From Haliotis cracherodii (taxonomy: Eukaryota), in the NCBI RefSeq assembly GCF_022045235.1, contig NW_027266341.1, positions 17,050,001-17,114,000 of the forward strand: DNA of 64,000 bases. Direction: 5' to 3'. Shown here in pieces: positions 24,437 through 37,620 of the stretch. The notes under the pieces were generated by a model. That model was not told where the DNA came from and did no database searches. It saw nothing but the letters and a program-made list of their open reading frames with translations. How positions within the stretch are numbered: position 1 is the stretch's first letter; each line of letters starts with the position of its first letter. The position numbers and the translations under genes are program-made.

Positions 24437-24859
24437 GTAACATTTTAAAGAGTTTTATCTACAACGCATCATGTCTTCATGGTCAGACGAGTTCCAAATG
24501 CGAATCAATGACCAAGTATTATTTAATATGAATGTTAGTGGAAATGATGATTGTTTTATTATATTGCCTAAAAATATTAAAGTTGATGAACATTTGCAAG
24601 ATGCTACGAAGATCTGTAAACATGAGGAGATCTTTAAACATGTACTTTGTAGGTTTTTTTCAATATTCCCCTAACATGTACATTTAAAACCATGATACAT
24701 GTATACAAACAGAAAAATCTACAAATTCAGGTCGGTTCTGGAGATATCGAACATTGCGAAATGTCTGAATAAGATGGCGGACGCTACAGGCCATACACAA
24801 ACAGGCCCGTACAAAGCAGAGATATCACAAATATATCCCTATGATTGATCAAAACCGGA

Positions 24860-25003
24860 TAGGGTCGGTGAGGTAGCCTAGTGGTTAAAGCGTGGTTAAA
24901 ACACGGGTTCGATTCCCCACATAGGTGAAGCCCATTTCCGGTGCCCCCGCCGTGATATTGCTGGATATTTGCAAAGAGCGGCGTAAACCAATACTCCCTG
25001 ACT
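24860..25003 (+). mobile_element. SINE family B with internal deletions
   Basis: A and B boxes plus tail. TSD tcaaaaccggata/tcaaaatcggata. Confidence 0.8.
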
Positions 25004-25107
25004 CAAAATCGGATATCCTAAAAAAAATAATGCAACAAGCAAACCCGACACTAACGAGCCAACTCATCAACGGCACTTTTCACATTGGTGGCCTGGCCAA
25101 CCTTTAA

Positions 25108-25446
25108 ATTAACTTAAAAAAAAGTAAATGTAACTAAAAATCATGTAAATGTAACTAAAAACCATGTAAATGTAACTAATGTAAATGTAACTATAAATCA
25201 TGTAAATGTAACTATAAATCATGTAAATGTACCTAAAAAACCTGTAAATGTAACTAATGTAAATGTAACTAAAAATCATGTAAATGTAACTAAAAATCAT
25301 GTCAATGTAACTAAAAATCATGTAAATGTAACTTAAAACCATGTAAATGTAACTAATGTAAATATAACTATAAATCATGTAAATGTAACTATAAATCATG
25401 TAAATGTAACTAATGTAAATGTAACTAAAAATCATGTAAATGTAAC
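25108..25446. repeat. AT-rich tandem array, ~21-bp unit aaaaatcatgtaaatgtaact with shorter subunits
   Basis: Direct inspection; explains the YIYMIFS repeats in ORF 25109-25552. Confidence 0.95.
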
Positions 25447-26554
25447 AAACGGCTGAACAAAGTACACACCTTATTACATTTGGAAAAAAAATGTAAAAAT
25501 TTGCAACGATTTCAAAGTGTAAGCACTTGTTTTTGCTTCGTAGAAGCTGCACCTCTCACTGCTGGACATATTTCTTACAACTGTCACAACAACCGCCGAG
25601 GAAGATGAGGCGCACACGGCGTTGCCCTGAGAGAGGGTGGGGATCATGGCATGATTTATTGCATGCTTTACACTTGAGAGCGGACTGCACTGATATGCCA
25701 CTACGTACAACCAGGTGCAGTATGTTCATGTGTTGATCACACCAGTGTATCCGTCAACTGTTCTAGGATTTCCTTTTGTTCAAGTGCGCGTCCCATCATC
25801 CCCGTTTTGGTATCGTAAATATTTCTGTCGTGAACCCTCGTCTGTTTACTTGTGTAAGCAGGATAGACATGGGATGCGGATATAATTGTATATGGAGATA
25901 TAGCCACGAGGTCGACGAATAGTATCCATGCGTGGTTTTATTCATGACATTAAAACCTTATTTTTATACGAACCTATATGTGTCCAAATAATTACAAAAA
26001 CTATATTTTGTATGTTTATTGCAATCACATCACATTGGTAAAGAAATTCCTACACCAACTAATACGAAAAGCTACAAGCACTATTTTAGCTCTTATCATG
26101 GCAGTCTTACGTAATCGAGTTCAAACTAGATAAACCGGTGGTTGATAATATGAGCATTGTCTCACTCCGCCGTGATCTGTAGGGCACGCAGTCAACGAAG
26201 GCACCGAGCCTGACTGCCCCATCCATCACTCCAAACACATCCTCCCCCTCGTATCCCCATGGGCTTGCATACCAAACTTAAACTTTCTAACACGGAACTC
26301 TATCCGGGTTGTCGTTAGTGAGTTAGCCAAGTCGTTATCAGTATACACCGTTTGATCCATTGTACCAGCTTCCGTACATCGTGATGGGCGGCATGTGTTG
26401 GTAAGTCTAAAATCTCGCTCAGCGGCCTGTAAATAATCGAATCTGGACCGGACATTTTATTATTATGAGCAGCGCTTCACGCTGTCGGGGTACGTTTACA
26501 TGTTATCAACCAAGTCATCGAACCTGACATCGATCCATTAAGTCACCTCTTACG

Positions 26555-26726
26555 AGTGAGTGAGTGCTTGTGTATGGTTTTACGCCGCTTTTAGCAATAT
26601 TCCAGCAATATCACGGCGGGTGACCCCATAAATCGGCTTCACACATTGTACTCATGTCGGGAATCAAACCCGGGTCTTCGGCGTGACGAGCGACCGCTTT
26701 AACCACTATGCCACCCGACCGCTCCC
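26555..26726 (-). mobile_element. SINE family B nested in a decayed minus-strand SINE A (~26420-26760)
   Basis: TSD cctcttacga on both sides, which is itself part of the SINE A sequence. Confidence 0.8.
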
Positions 26727-27001
26727 GCCTCTTACGATCAGCCTGGGGACCAATCTAACCCCGTAAATACACTGCTTCCCAATGTAATCGCCCCTAATCA
26801 CAAATAATGGCGTGCTGGGGATACTTTCTACCCTTGGCCCCAACGGGCAAACAAGCGTATGGTGTGTAATGGGGCATCACTCCGAGCATGCATGTTAAAC
26901 ATTTTCCCTTTGAAATAGCTTCCAGCACATGGCTGTATGATGATAGATTGGACCAGTTGCATAAATGTCAAGCACCATTAACCTTCATGTACTGTAGAAA
27001 G

Positions 27002-27207
27002 TAAAGTGCCGTGCAAAAGAAAGTATACACTTGAAACTGGATTTGATAAAAACTCGTTATCAAAACGGTACTAGGTCACCGAAACACTGCACACTTGTGA
27101 TCCAAAACAAAACTATCATATACATCCCCGTCAAATTACCATTTCTAGTTTGTTTCATTTTTAGCCACCGTCAAACATAGTTGTATACTTTCTTTTGTCC
27201 GGCTGTA
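27002..27207. mobile_element. Tc1/mariner-type MITE
   Basis: TIRs taaagtgccgtgcaaaagaaagtatac / gtatactttcttttgtccggctgta. Related copies at 40806-40904 and 62312-62537. Confidence 0.7.
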
Positions 27208-28070
27208 TATCTTATTTAAGTGAACAACGTGCGTTTCATACAAAACATAAAGTTGCGTGTACATTATCGGGGCATTCAAACAAAGACCCACGCATACCTA
27301 ATAACACTGCGTCATTTATATTTCTACATGAGATTATGCATACGTGTAGTGCAATTTACGCTCTAGGTGGACAGTGCTTTATTATGCCAACGATGTGGGA
27401 AATGTGACGTCAGATGCAAAAGGCGTTAACAACAACGAGCCCAAAGTACAACCATCCCTGCTCTGCTATGCTATCAACGACCAATGTTGTAGTGATGTGC
27501 ACCTTCCTTGAATGTTTTTTTCTTAATTTCAGGTCAAATGAAGACACTTGCAATACACGTAATTCCCGCCTTTCCCATTCTGGATTGTGTGATGTCTGAC
27601 GTGTCACAACAAGGACAAACACGTCGTCTCGGACACATACAAACATAACATCATATCCTGTTGACGCAGACAAGACTCTAGCGCAATACTGCTGTTACCT
27701 GCAATAGTACAGCCAACTTGATTATTTGACAATGTGCTGCGTATTATATAGGCTGTGATTATTTTAGTGCTTGTCCGAGATCGCAAAGTTATTGGGAATG
27801 GTTCCGAATTATATACGAACGGAAGAAAGTATGTGTTCTCCAAATGAGGTTCCATAGGAATACATTTATTCTGAATTAGATAATGCATCTTTTAATACAT
27901 ATTCATGAAGACATTTCACAATTCTCACGTGCATGTTCATGCAAGGCGCACAATTTGGATGTTTGCTTGTTCGAAGGGAGCATGATTCTCGCACACGTGT
28001 CTTTTTGTGAATATTTAGCTATCAGGTGATCATAACAACACATTTGTTTGATCGTAATAACGCTTACACA

Positions 28071-28297
28071 ATGTCACGGCTTGCTGAAATCAGCGTCTAC
28101 GCTCCGTGGGTATGCTGTTAACAGGAATGACGCAAAAGGAAGTTGTCAGCAATTTTAATGTTCACCGAAACACAATATCATCTCTTTGGTGGCGTTATCT
28201 ACAGCAGTACGATACTTATGACCTTCCAAGGGCCGCTTTTCCACGTGTGACGTCACGTCAACAAGGTTACCATATTTGGTTGATGCATTTACGAGCT
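28071..28297 (+). pseudogene. Tc1-like transposase N-terminal (HTH) fragment, frameshifted and truncated
   Basis: MSRLAE/QRLRSVGMLLTGMTQKEVVSNFNVHRNTISSLWWRY..DLPRAAFPRVTSRQQ resembles the Tc1 paired-like HTH plus the GRPR-like motif. Confidence 0.75.
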
Positions 28298-28300
28298 TAC

Positions 28301-28510
28301 TATCCCGAGTGGAACACTGTTAACGTGTAGTGAGCTTAATATCCCGAGTGGAACACTGTTAACGTGTCATGAACTTAATATCCCGAGTGGAACACTGTTA
28401 ACGTGTCATGAGCTTTAATACCCTAAGTGGAACACTGTTAACGCGTCATGAGCTTGAATACAGTTAGTGGAACACTGTTAAAGAGTCATGAGCTTTATAT
28501 CCCGAGTGGG
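28301..28510. repeat. 39-bp tandem repeat, ~5 units
   Basis: Unit tatcccgagtggaacactgttaacgtgtcatgagcttaa. Confidence 0.93.
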
Positions 28511-29809
28511 TGCGGCGTTATACAACAAATAAACAGAATCATTGCTAGGTTTATTTCTACAGCGTACGTTACTACCATGACGTCAAACCATTCATTGTGA
28601 CGCTAAACAATACGAGGACATAGTTGAATATGGAAAAGCTCAACATTGCAAGATCTCTGTATATACTCACTCATTCTATTTCTGTCGCGTTTTCTACCCA
28701 TAATGTACCCACTTGGAATATAACCGCTAATCTTCATTTTGTATCCTATTATTGTACATACGGTAAACTACGGTTATAACTTCATGCAGTGATTTGAGGA
28801 GATGAATACTGTCCGATTTTATCTTCAGCATTATTGATGTGATGCATTTTCATACTGTTCAAATGCACAAGAACATAAACGTCATTTTCTTCAATAAAAA
28901 TAAAAATTAGCAGTATGTATTTTCTTACCTTTTTATCACGTACACTCCAGATTAAATGAAATGAGTTTCATCGTTTGTTCTGCACATTAAAGTTTTAAAC
29001 CTTGAAGCCACATATCATATCAACGTATTATTGCTGTAACTTAAGCTTTAAAATATGCGCTTTGAATATTCAATGAGTTTTGTAACCTGAGGCAAATACC
29101 CCTACTCACAGCTCCAACAGCTTTTATTTGGTGTTTGTTTTAACTTTAAACATGACACGAGGACGTCAGCTATGTTATGCGTTGCGAGTTAAGACGGGCG
29201 TGGTAGGTAAGTAGGTGGTGTCTTGTTCATTTCAATGTACGTCGTTGACAGATACCTCGTATTTCTTTGATTTATTCATTAATATTTATCATAATTGAAA
29301 AACAAAGAATAAATCACTTGCATAGTTTTGTGTCGTTCCGTCACGATGTATCAGGTGACGAGAACAAGAAGGTTACTGACGTGCATGAAGTCTGTCTCTG
29401 AGTAGCTCCCGGGCACTATGTTAACAAGGGAGGAAACGCTTGTGTCAGGAAACAGACGCAGCTGGGAATTCATACCGATGATCTATGCATAGTCGCATTT
29501 CCTTGAATACGGATTAGACCAAGAAAGAGGGGGATAAAAGAAATTGTATGTCTTATTTACAGTTAAACTCAAAATATTTTGTGACATAAAAATACCAAAA
29601 GGAATCGGTCAATAATAGTAACTGGGTTGTATCACAATGGGAGAACAATATCTGATAACGGGAAACAGTCCATATGAAGAGAGCTCTTGACACATATACA
29701 ACTGAGTCGAATTACACAAGGGGGTCAGAGACAAGTTGACATAATCATGAGCGAGTCGACCTTGTGCATTGATGCAAGCCTGTCGCATTCGCCTCTTTCA
29801 GGCCACAGA

Positions 29810-30185
29810 GACCGCCTCCGTGGTCTAGTGGTAGAGCGTCCGCCCGGAGAGCGGAAGGTCCGGGGTACGATCCCCGACCGCGTCATACCAAAAGACGTTA
29901 AACGATGGTACTTGTTGTTACCCTGTCTGGCGCTCGACATTAGGGGCTCAAACAAGGACTGGTCAGCTCGGAGTCAGTATACTGTGTCTGAGTGGGGTAT
30001 TCATGTTAAACTGCGGCATGGTATCTCAGTGAGCTAGCACTATAAATCGGCATCAGTCCGGACTAGTACAAGCAGCCACAAACACACACATACGTACATG
30101 CACGTCGCTATATAAGTGCAATAATTTTGGACGCGACGTTAAACCCCACCTCACCTCACCTCACCTCACCTCACCTCACCTCACC
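29810..30185 (+). mobile_element. SINE family D, full length (tRNA-derived head, (TCACC)n tail)
   Basis: A box tggtctagtggt, B-box-like ggtacgatccc, perfect 12-bp TSD tcaggccacaga (29798-29809, 30186-30197). Confidence 0.9.
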
Positions 30186-30270
30186 TCAGGCCACAGACGT
30201 AGGACAAAGCCCTGGGGCCTGACATTCCATATCACTTTTGCCTTTGTCTACGAAGCCGTTCACAACAATG

Positions 30271-30677
30271 TAGGGCTGGTACGGGTAACTCGGTGAGGTG
30301 TGTACTGAGCGGACCCGGGTACCCACAAGACTACCCTGACCCGTGGTTATCACGTGATATATTGTTTAATGACCAAATTTATCTAAAACTCTATGGTTAC
30401 AAAATAAGTCAATAATGTTCCCATTTAGTTCTTACTTTGCACCCATTCCTTCTGACTTGCATATTTTTGAATAAAGACAAAACTTCATGCAGTAAACTTC
30501 AGTGTATGCATGACCAGATCGTTTTATACGTGTATCTAAATATATTTTGCGAGGGCAAACTTTTCCCAATCGGACAGTTTGTACCTATATCTTGAGACCT
30601 ACAGCGGGTACCCAGGTGGGGCCGGGTAATAGGGGAGTGGGTACCCGGGTAGTAAATTTGGACTCGTCCGAACCCTA
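30271..30677. mobile_element. Possible hAT-type MITE
   Basis: Termini TAGGG...CCCTA with subterminal repeated gggtaccc motifs; 8-bp TSD only partly matching. Confidence 0.45.
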
Positions 30678-31045
30678 CTTCAGTGCAATAGTTCCACTGC
30701 AACAGTTTCATAACTTTGTTTCCGAATGTCAATGCACTGAGGCATTCTCTTTTGATTCTAAAATATCAATGACACAGATTCAATTTCCATAATTGCCTTG
30801 TTACCATCACGGAAACGCTTATAACATTACAGTTGACATTATTGTCACATTTATCAACATTTGACTTTACTGTGATACCTAAACACCATCATTAAAGTCG
30901 ACATTGTTGAAACGTAGTTTACATTGTTTGTTATTTACCAGTGCTGCGACTGAGACTAATACCGTCATTATTGTGACTATTGTTCTGCAATTGTTAAAAG
31001 AATCGTGACTGTCATCATTGCCGACACATATGTCAATAATGACGG

Positions 31046-31203
31046 AGTGAGAATGGTTTTACGCCGCTTTGAGCAATAGTCCAGTAATATCACGGCGGGG
31101 GACACCAGAAATGGGCTTTACACATTGTACCCATGTCGGGAATCGAACCCGTGCTTTCAGCGTGACAAGCGAACGCTTTAACCACTAGACTACCCCATCC
31201 TCC
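31046..31203 (-). mobile_element. SINE family B
   Basis: Family match; TSD tgtcaataat. Confidence 0.85.
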
Positions 31204-31329
31204 CTGTCAATAATCATGATAAAGATGAACATTTATTATAATAGCAATAAAATAGAAACAATGATGATGAGGATGTTGAATAATGATAACAACAACAACA
31301 ACAACAATAATAATAATGATAATATTAAA

Positions 31330-32353
31330 TGCATCATTCTTCATCTGAAACGTGGCAGGGGAGAAGAGGAAGGATCGGTCGGTTTACTTTGGGGAGGATT
31401 TTGTTGATGGTTCTGTACTGCTGTCAACCAAGCGAAGTGCCACATCAAATCGGCCCAGACTCAATACTAGTATTGCAAGGAGAGGTTATCTGAACGAACA
31501 CTGCATCGAGTTTATGTGCTCTGTGTTGAGGAGATCAGCAAGATCAGAAGAGTCCTTCGCTTAGATGACATCGGCTGATCTGAAAAGGTAAACAGATGTC
31601 TTTCTCTTTCTGCCCAGGACCAGTCACTTCCAACTCGAAACCGTCAATGTGTGATTTTGCATCAAAATGTAAATATGAAATGCAGATTATGCAATGAATT
31701 TAATGAGACTATCCAACACATTGTCAGTGGATGCCCAGCTTTGGCACAAACAGTATCTTAAGCGACATAATGGAGTGGCTCAATCCTATTCTTTACGTCT
31801 TCGTGATGCTTGTGATTTCGACACAGAGGTCCATCCATTGTACGACCAAGAATATGTAGAGGGCGTCATGGAAAATGATAAATACAAAATTCTTTGGAAA
31901 AGGCCCGTATATAGCCTCAGACCTATCCATGCTAGCAAACCTGATCTTGTCCTATTGAATATATCCAATGAAATCATTTACATTATTGTAATGTCCGTCC
32001 CTTTTGACACTAATGTGATTGACACGATTCAGACAGCACATGGCAAATGTGCAGACCTTGCGTTCTAAATGTCACGCTTGCATCCCAAGTACCAAGTTGT
32101 CCGACTCCCCATCGTTCTCGGTGTCTTAGGTTTGGTGACTGCTGACTGACATTGGGAGAGTACCCGAGTTTCCTACCAGGAATACAGCCCTTCTGTCTAT
32201 CCAAGTAATGCAGAAGGATGCGGTGTTGGGGAGTCTTCACATTATCCGAAAAGTTCTGGGTGGGTGTGACTAGGCAGCGCTTCCCGGGAGAAGTCCCATT
32301 CGCTGTCTGGGCTGCGTGTCGAGGGGCAAGGGACCTGAGCTGATGATGAGCCT
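31330..32353 (+). mobile_element. Second R4/Dong-like RLE retrotransposon relic, downstream of an (AAT/AAC)n tract at 31278-31325
   Basis: Colinear with the reverse complement of 11001-11992, including the 3' end ctgagctgatgatgagcct. Encodes CRLC..H..SGCP, YLKRHNG and KPDLVL, with frameshifts and stops. Confidence 0.85.
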
Positions 32354-34065
32354 AACCAGACTTTGCCAGGATCACCCAAACCCTCTTTGCTGCATTTTTT
32401 AAAATTTTTAATCTGTACATAATTATAATAAGCATCATACTCTATAATTCTGTTCCAAATTTCTGAAACAAATTATAACAAATTACAGCTAGAATACTTT
32501 GTCCTCCCGTCATAAAGAAAGCTGTTGCCGTTATCCAGCTGAAATATAGCAGTTTCGACCAATAGCCTCATATAAATCACCAACACAATGTCATTTTACA
32601 ACAAAAGAGCTATGCACATACTATGTAGAAGCGGACATAAAATACGTGTTGCTGCAAGGAATGACTACGACGTCATGCCAGGAACAATTCCAACACCTAA
32701 AATTTCTCAGAAGCTTGTTTAATCATTAATTATGATATTCACGGAAAAAGGAAGCTATGTTAATGTCAGCGGGATTCGATTTGAACAATATGTATTGTAG
32801 GTGGATGTTTTGTAAATTACAGAGCTGTGTTAGTTTGGATAAATGCCTCATACGAGAAACATCATGGCTTCTTTATGGCTACAACATGCATATACATCAT
32901 GATGAATTTAAAACACGGTATACGGGACTTGCAAGGTGGCCCGTGTCTCTTCAGCATTCAATATATTGATCTGAATCACCTTGAACACCTGTCGCAGCAT
33001 CTGCTCTATAATGATTCCATAATGTTGTCTCTATATACCAGTTTTCAGCTCAATGTGATGCCTCTGTCAACAGATTGTCTTTTTTTGGAATGTCTATATA
33101 TTTTCTTGACACAAAATGCCTTTCATCAAAGTGCGTATCTCGACAAAGTCTGAAAGTTGCATTCGACCATATAATTTGTTCCATACCTTTGAAATTTCTG
33201 AGGATTTATACATGCCCAACATAATCAAGTTCTCGTCGCCCCCATATCATGGCAGATTAGTAATTGGAAAGACTTAGGTTGGCCTTAACTTCTTTTAGGT
33301 AGTATATATCGCTTCATTTATGGCCATCAATGTCATATTTGCTATTTGTCACTGAATTTCTCTCAAATGGCGATTTTTAATCCTACAACACCGCGCAAGT
33401 GCACACCGCGACCGATTTACACGTGCTGCTAAATTTGAATTTGAGAAAAAGAAGTTCTAGTAAACATGGCGGACAGGTTTCCAGTTTGATGAAAATGAAC
33501 CGATTGGAGGATTTATCGAATTCTTGTTTGCTCTTGTTTGTTTTGTAAGACGTCGAGAGCTGAATGTTTTTGTTTTTTTAACCTTTCATTCCCTTTCACC
33601 GAACACTGATTTCCAATGAGTCATTCCTATAATGTCCACCACCACTTTGCCTTGTGCGTTTAAAGGGCATCTATTTCGGCAGATAACCGAGATTATTGTC
33701 TAGCGTCGACGCTTATATACATTTCATTATATTACAAGGGTGGCCTTGTGCGGCCCAACATCTCCCTAATTCATTTCTTCTTCTGATTTTGTTTGTGTTG
33801 TTATCGCCGCACTGTAATATTCCACCTGTAAATAATCAGGTCCAGGCAATCCAGGTATTATATATGAGCAACGGTAGACACCGTTGTGGTACGATGACGC
33901 ACGATCAACCAAGCCACTCAGCCTGACCTCTCGATCCATTAGGTCGTCTCGTATGGCTAACATACGTTGCTGGGTAATAATATTCCAACCCGGATCCCCA
34001 CTGTCCCCCGAACTCATGCAATTACATCACTGTTAAAGTCTGATAAATGGTAATGATAGGACATA

Positions 34066-34420
34066 TGAGTGAGTGAGTGATTTCAGGTAACTTTCAACAA
34101 TACCCCAACTATATTAACTTGGGGAACACCGGATTGCCTTTCATACATTGTGGAATGGAACACTGGCGTTCGGCGTAACCAAACGGAATGCATGGAGTGG
34201 ATACGCACTACGATCGAATGTTGTTGTTTTTTGCGTTGCGCTATGTGTTGCGTCAAGAACAACAGCGTCATATTGTGTAAGCCCCACTCATCCCAATTCC
34301 AGCAATGTCAAAGGACAGACGCCAAGCAAGGGCTCCACACGTAGTACCCATGATTTGAATCGAACTCGAGTCTTCGGCGCGACGAGTGAACACTTTAACC
34401 ACTCGGCTTCCACACCGCCA
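34066..34420 (-). mobile_element. SINE B-like element with an extended internal segment
   Basis: tRNA-like head at 34340-34420 and decayed tail with (ACTC)n at 34066-34130, separated by about 200 bp of unrelated sequence. Confidence 0.55.
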
Positions 34421-34945
34421 ATCGAGTAAGTGAACGTGAAGAGAACGATGGTTTTGATGAGTTAAACAGTGAACACTTTAACCACTCGGCTTCCACACCG
34501 CCAATCGAGTAAGTGAGCGTGAAGAGAACGATGGTTTTGATGAGTTAAACAGGGAACACTTTAACCACTCGGCAACCACACCGCCAATCGAGCAAGAGAG
34601 CGTGAAGAGAACGATGTTTTTGGTGAGTTAAACAGTGAACACTTTAAGCACCTGGCTACCACACCGCCAACCGAGAAAGTTGGCGTGAAGAAAACGGTGT
34701 TTTTGATGAGTAAAACAGTGAACACTTTAACCACTCGGCCAACACACCGCCAATCGGGAAGGTGAGCGTGAAGAGAACGATGTTTTTGGTGAGTTAAACG
34801 GTGAACACTTTAACCACCAGGCTACCACACCGCCAATCGAGTAAGTGAACGTGAAGAGATCGATGTTTTTGATGAGTAAAACAGTGAATACTTTAACAAC
34901 TAGGCTATCACACCGCCAATCGAGAAAGTGAGCGTGAAATGAACA
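34386..34945. repeat. 83-bp tandem array, ~7 units, derived from a SINE 5' junction
   Basis: Unit gtgaacactttaaccactcggcttccacaccgccaatcgagtaagtgaacgtgaagagaacgatggttttgatgagttaaaca; period 83 (34386 to 34469). Confidence 0.95.
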
Positions 34946-35436
34946 CTAACCAAATATAAGCTACAAAATCCTTTCCATAATCATAAGAATTCAAAGACTA
35001 CCCACATATCCAATATCAGCTAATATATGACATACCAGTAATGAATATTCTGATCTGATCTTTCACCATTAACCTTAAGTCACGTTTACTGAGTGTGAGA
35101 GAGTGAAGCGATGTTACCAACCTCTGAAATCAACCTGACATGCATGTACTTTAAGGCGATGTACAGCACGCAAGAAGACAGACATTGGTCAACTACACAT
35201 GCAGACAGTCTCTCTGGACAAATTGTCAATATCGGTGGCTTAATGTATAGGAGTTGACCGAATCCTGCGAAAACGTTGCATATCTCCATTCACTCACATC
35301 ACTTGTATGAAGGGTAGGCACGGATGATCCAGTAGTCTGGGCTGGTTTACATCCCTTAGCCTTGCCAGGATCAGCTGATGATTAGTTGCCATCCCAGTTT
35401 AAGATTCCAGATCTGTCACCACTATTCATGTTGATT

Positions 35437-35629
35437 TTTGTTTGTTTGTTTGTTTAACGCCACACTCAGCCTCATTTCAGCTATATGGGGAGTCATACGA
35501 TCACATGCATCAACCAAGTCAGCGATCCTGACCTCTCGCTCCCGTTAGTCGCCTCTTACGACAAGCATAGTCACCTTTCACGGCAAGCATGGGTTGCGGA
35601 TGACCTGTTCTACCCCGAATTTTCACGGG
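35437..35629 (-). mobile_element. SINE family A, internally deleted
   Basis: Reverse-complement head (cccgtgaaaattcggggtagaacagg) and tail. Confidence 0.8.
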
Positions 35630-36134
35630 TTGTATTATGTAGTCTACCTGTGTTGTAAAAACACATAGAACTAAAACTATGCATAGGTAACTTTAATCGG
35701 CTTTTGTTTGTGAGGCAGTCGTTGTAAACTTGTTTAACTATATCGAAGATGAAAACATTTTTCTTTTACAATGTCCATTTTATGATGATATCCGTTCAGC
35801 TCAATTATCAATTATATTTAGTAATCGAGCATTTATTAATAACACCCAAGATGTTCATACATATTTTTGGAAAATTCGGTAAAATGTGTTTTAAATTGTT
35901 TTCTCGTCGTAATTGTCTTAAAGATGTTTTTGAAAAGTTCATGACATAATACTTTAAATGTACATAAAAATATTTAAATACCACATGTATAGTTAATCGA
36001 CATATACACATTTAGGTGTCACGTCGGCCTAATAAAATGTACAACATTGATTTACTATGCATCTGTATATGTAATTTAATGCGCGACACATTATAAACAA
36101 ATCATTCATTCGATATTGCTGAGTCCTGACTATA

Positions 36135-36384
36135 TCCTTACCCTGTCTGGCCCTCGGCATTAAGGGGCTAAAACAAGAACTGGTCGGCTCGGAGTCAGTA
36201 TACTGTGTCTGAGTGGGGTATTCATGTTAAACTGCGGCATGGTATCTCAGTGAGCTAGAACTATAAATCGGCATCAGTCCGGACTTGTACAAGCAGCCAC
36301 ACAAAAACACACACGTACATGCACGTCGCTATATAAGTGCAATAATCTTGGACGCGACGTTAAACCCCATTTCACCTCACCTCA
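36135..36384 (+). mobile_element. 5'-truncated SINE family D
   Basis: Near-identical to the 3' two-thirds of 29810-30185; TSD cctgactata. Confidence 0.88.
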
Positions 36385-37379
36385 CCTGACTATAATCTAA
36401 AACTTTTGATTCTCTGATGAAAGTCATAAGAGCAAATAAGACAATTTTCCTTCCCTGGTTTCGAATACCGTCATAGACATATAGGCGGACTATCATTCCT
36501 CACGCTCAATAAGTGAAATAGATTGGAATCAGGGACTTGCCCATATCCCCCGACTAACGCTGTCATTTACCATGTCACTAAATGGAAACTCGAAAATATA
36601 GTGAACTGCCCTGAAAGACGTCTGTACCGGAAGCTTTATACAAACAAAGGCCTTACAAATCGTATAAAATTCCATCAACATGTAAAAGTTTTCTATGAAA
36701 CGTCAAATCAATAAGTTCTTAGAACATGATAAAGAAACATAAACACCCAAAGCTTCTTGTCAAGAGATCTCAGCCCATCATAGGAAGCAGCCTTAACGAC
36801 CAAAGTACTTACAGAAGTGATTGATTAAGCTCGCCAATCAATTAAGTGAAATAACGATGTTGTCTCTGTCTAGCTTCAGATGACAATGAAGACTACCTAC
36901 CTCATCATGTCCCAATGGGCTCCGTCTTGTGCAGACTAGTCGCCTTTGAGGGAAATTACTTATAAAATCGTTATTTGAACCTCTCTGGGATCACCTTGCT
37001 CATCAATTGCAGGCAGCAGCGTTATTCCGGCCATCATCTTGTGCATTACCGTTTTCCTTTGTCAATAGCCGCTGCCCCATGTTACAGGACACGACGGAAA
37101 TGTTGTTAATTTCAGTTATGTTATATTCAATCGTTGTGGTGATTGTAACCCATCAATTTCATTGTGCGTGCATAAAAGATCAAATTGAAATCAACATTGT
37201 ATGTAATAAACCTCAACACTATATGACTATTTCTACCCATGAATTTCTATCTCGGTACACTCTCAGTGTAGACATGAACATTTCTCGATAGAAGAGCATC
37301 TCAGCATAATTGAATTTCCTTCTTGTGCAAACATACACCATCCGTACCCCTGTGTGAACCATCCATGCCCACGAGAGAC

Positions 37380-37620
37380 TTATGAGCGTCATAGAATTCT
37401 TCCTCAGACGCTGTTTGATCACGGTTACACCATTCAAGGCCTCAGTATAGCTTTCAAAAAGTTTTATTGAACACATGTTGAGGATACTTCCAAATTTAAC
37501 GCATCAGTGATTAAAAGGATGTCCGATGTCATTCCCTATTTTGACTTGTATCATATGTTCCGTGTTTCTTCAGGTGAACAATTAACTTGCCTTTGCATGT
37601 GTTTGTGACGGGTGCCGGCG
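37380..37620 (+). mobile_element. Penelope-like retroelement RT C-terminal remnant
   Basis: ERHRILPQTLFDHGYTIQGLSIAFKKFY; DNA similar to the reverse complement of 51610-51800. Confidence 0.55.

Larger units (their letters stand above)
32968..35445 (+). repeat. Arm 1 of a dispersed inverted duplication (partner 55826-57874)
   Basis: Long colinear reverse-complement matches, e.g. 35089-35150 vs 56148-56208 and 32968-33010 vs 57833-57874. Confidence 0.92.

Noticed and set aside
33766-34017. Conserved small protein shared with 56766-57077
   Set aside because: Similarity comes from the inverted duplication of a decayed SINE A, not from coding constraint.
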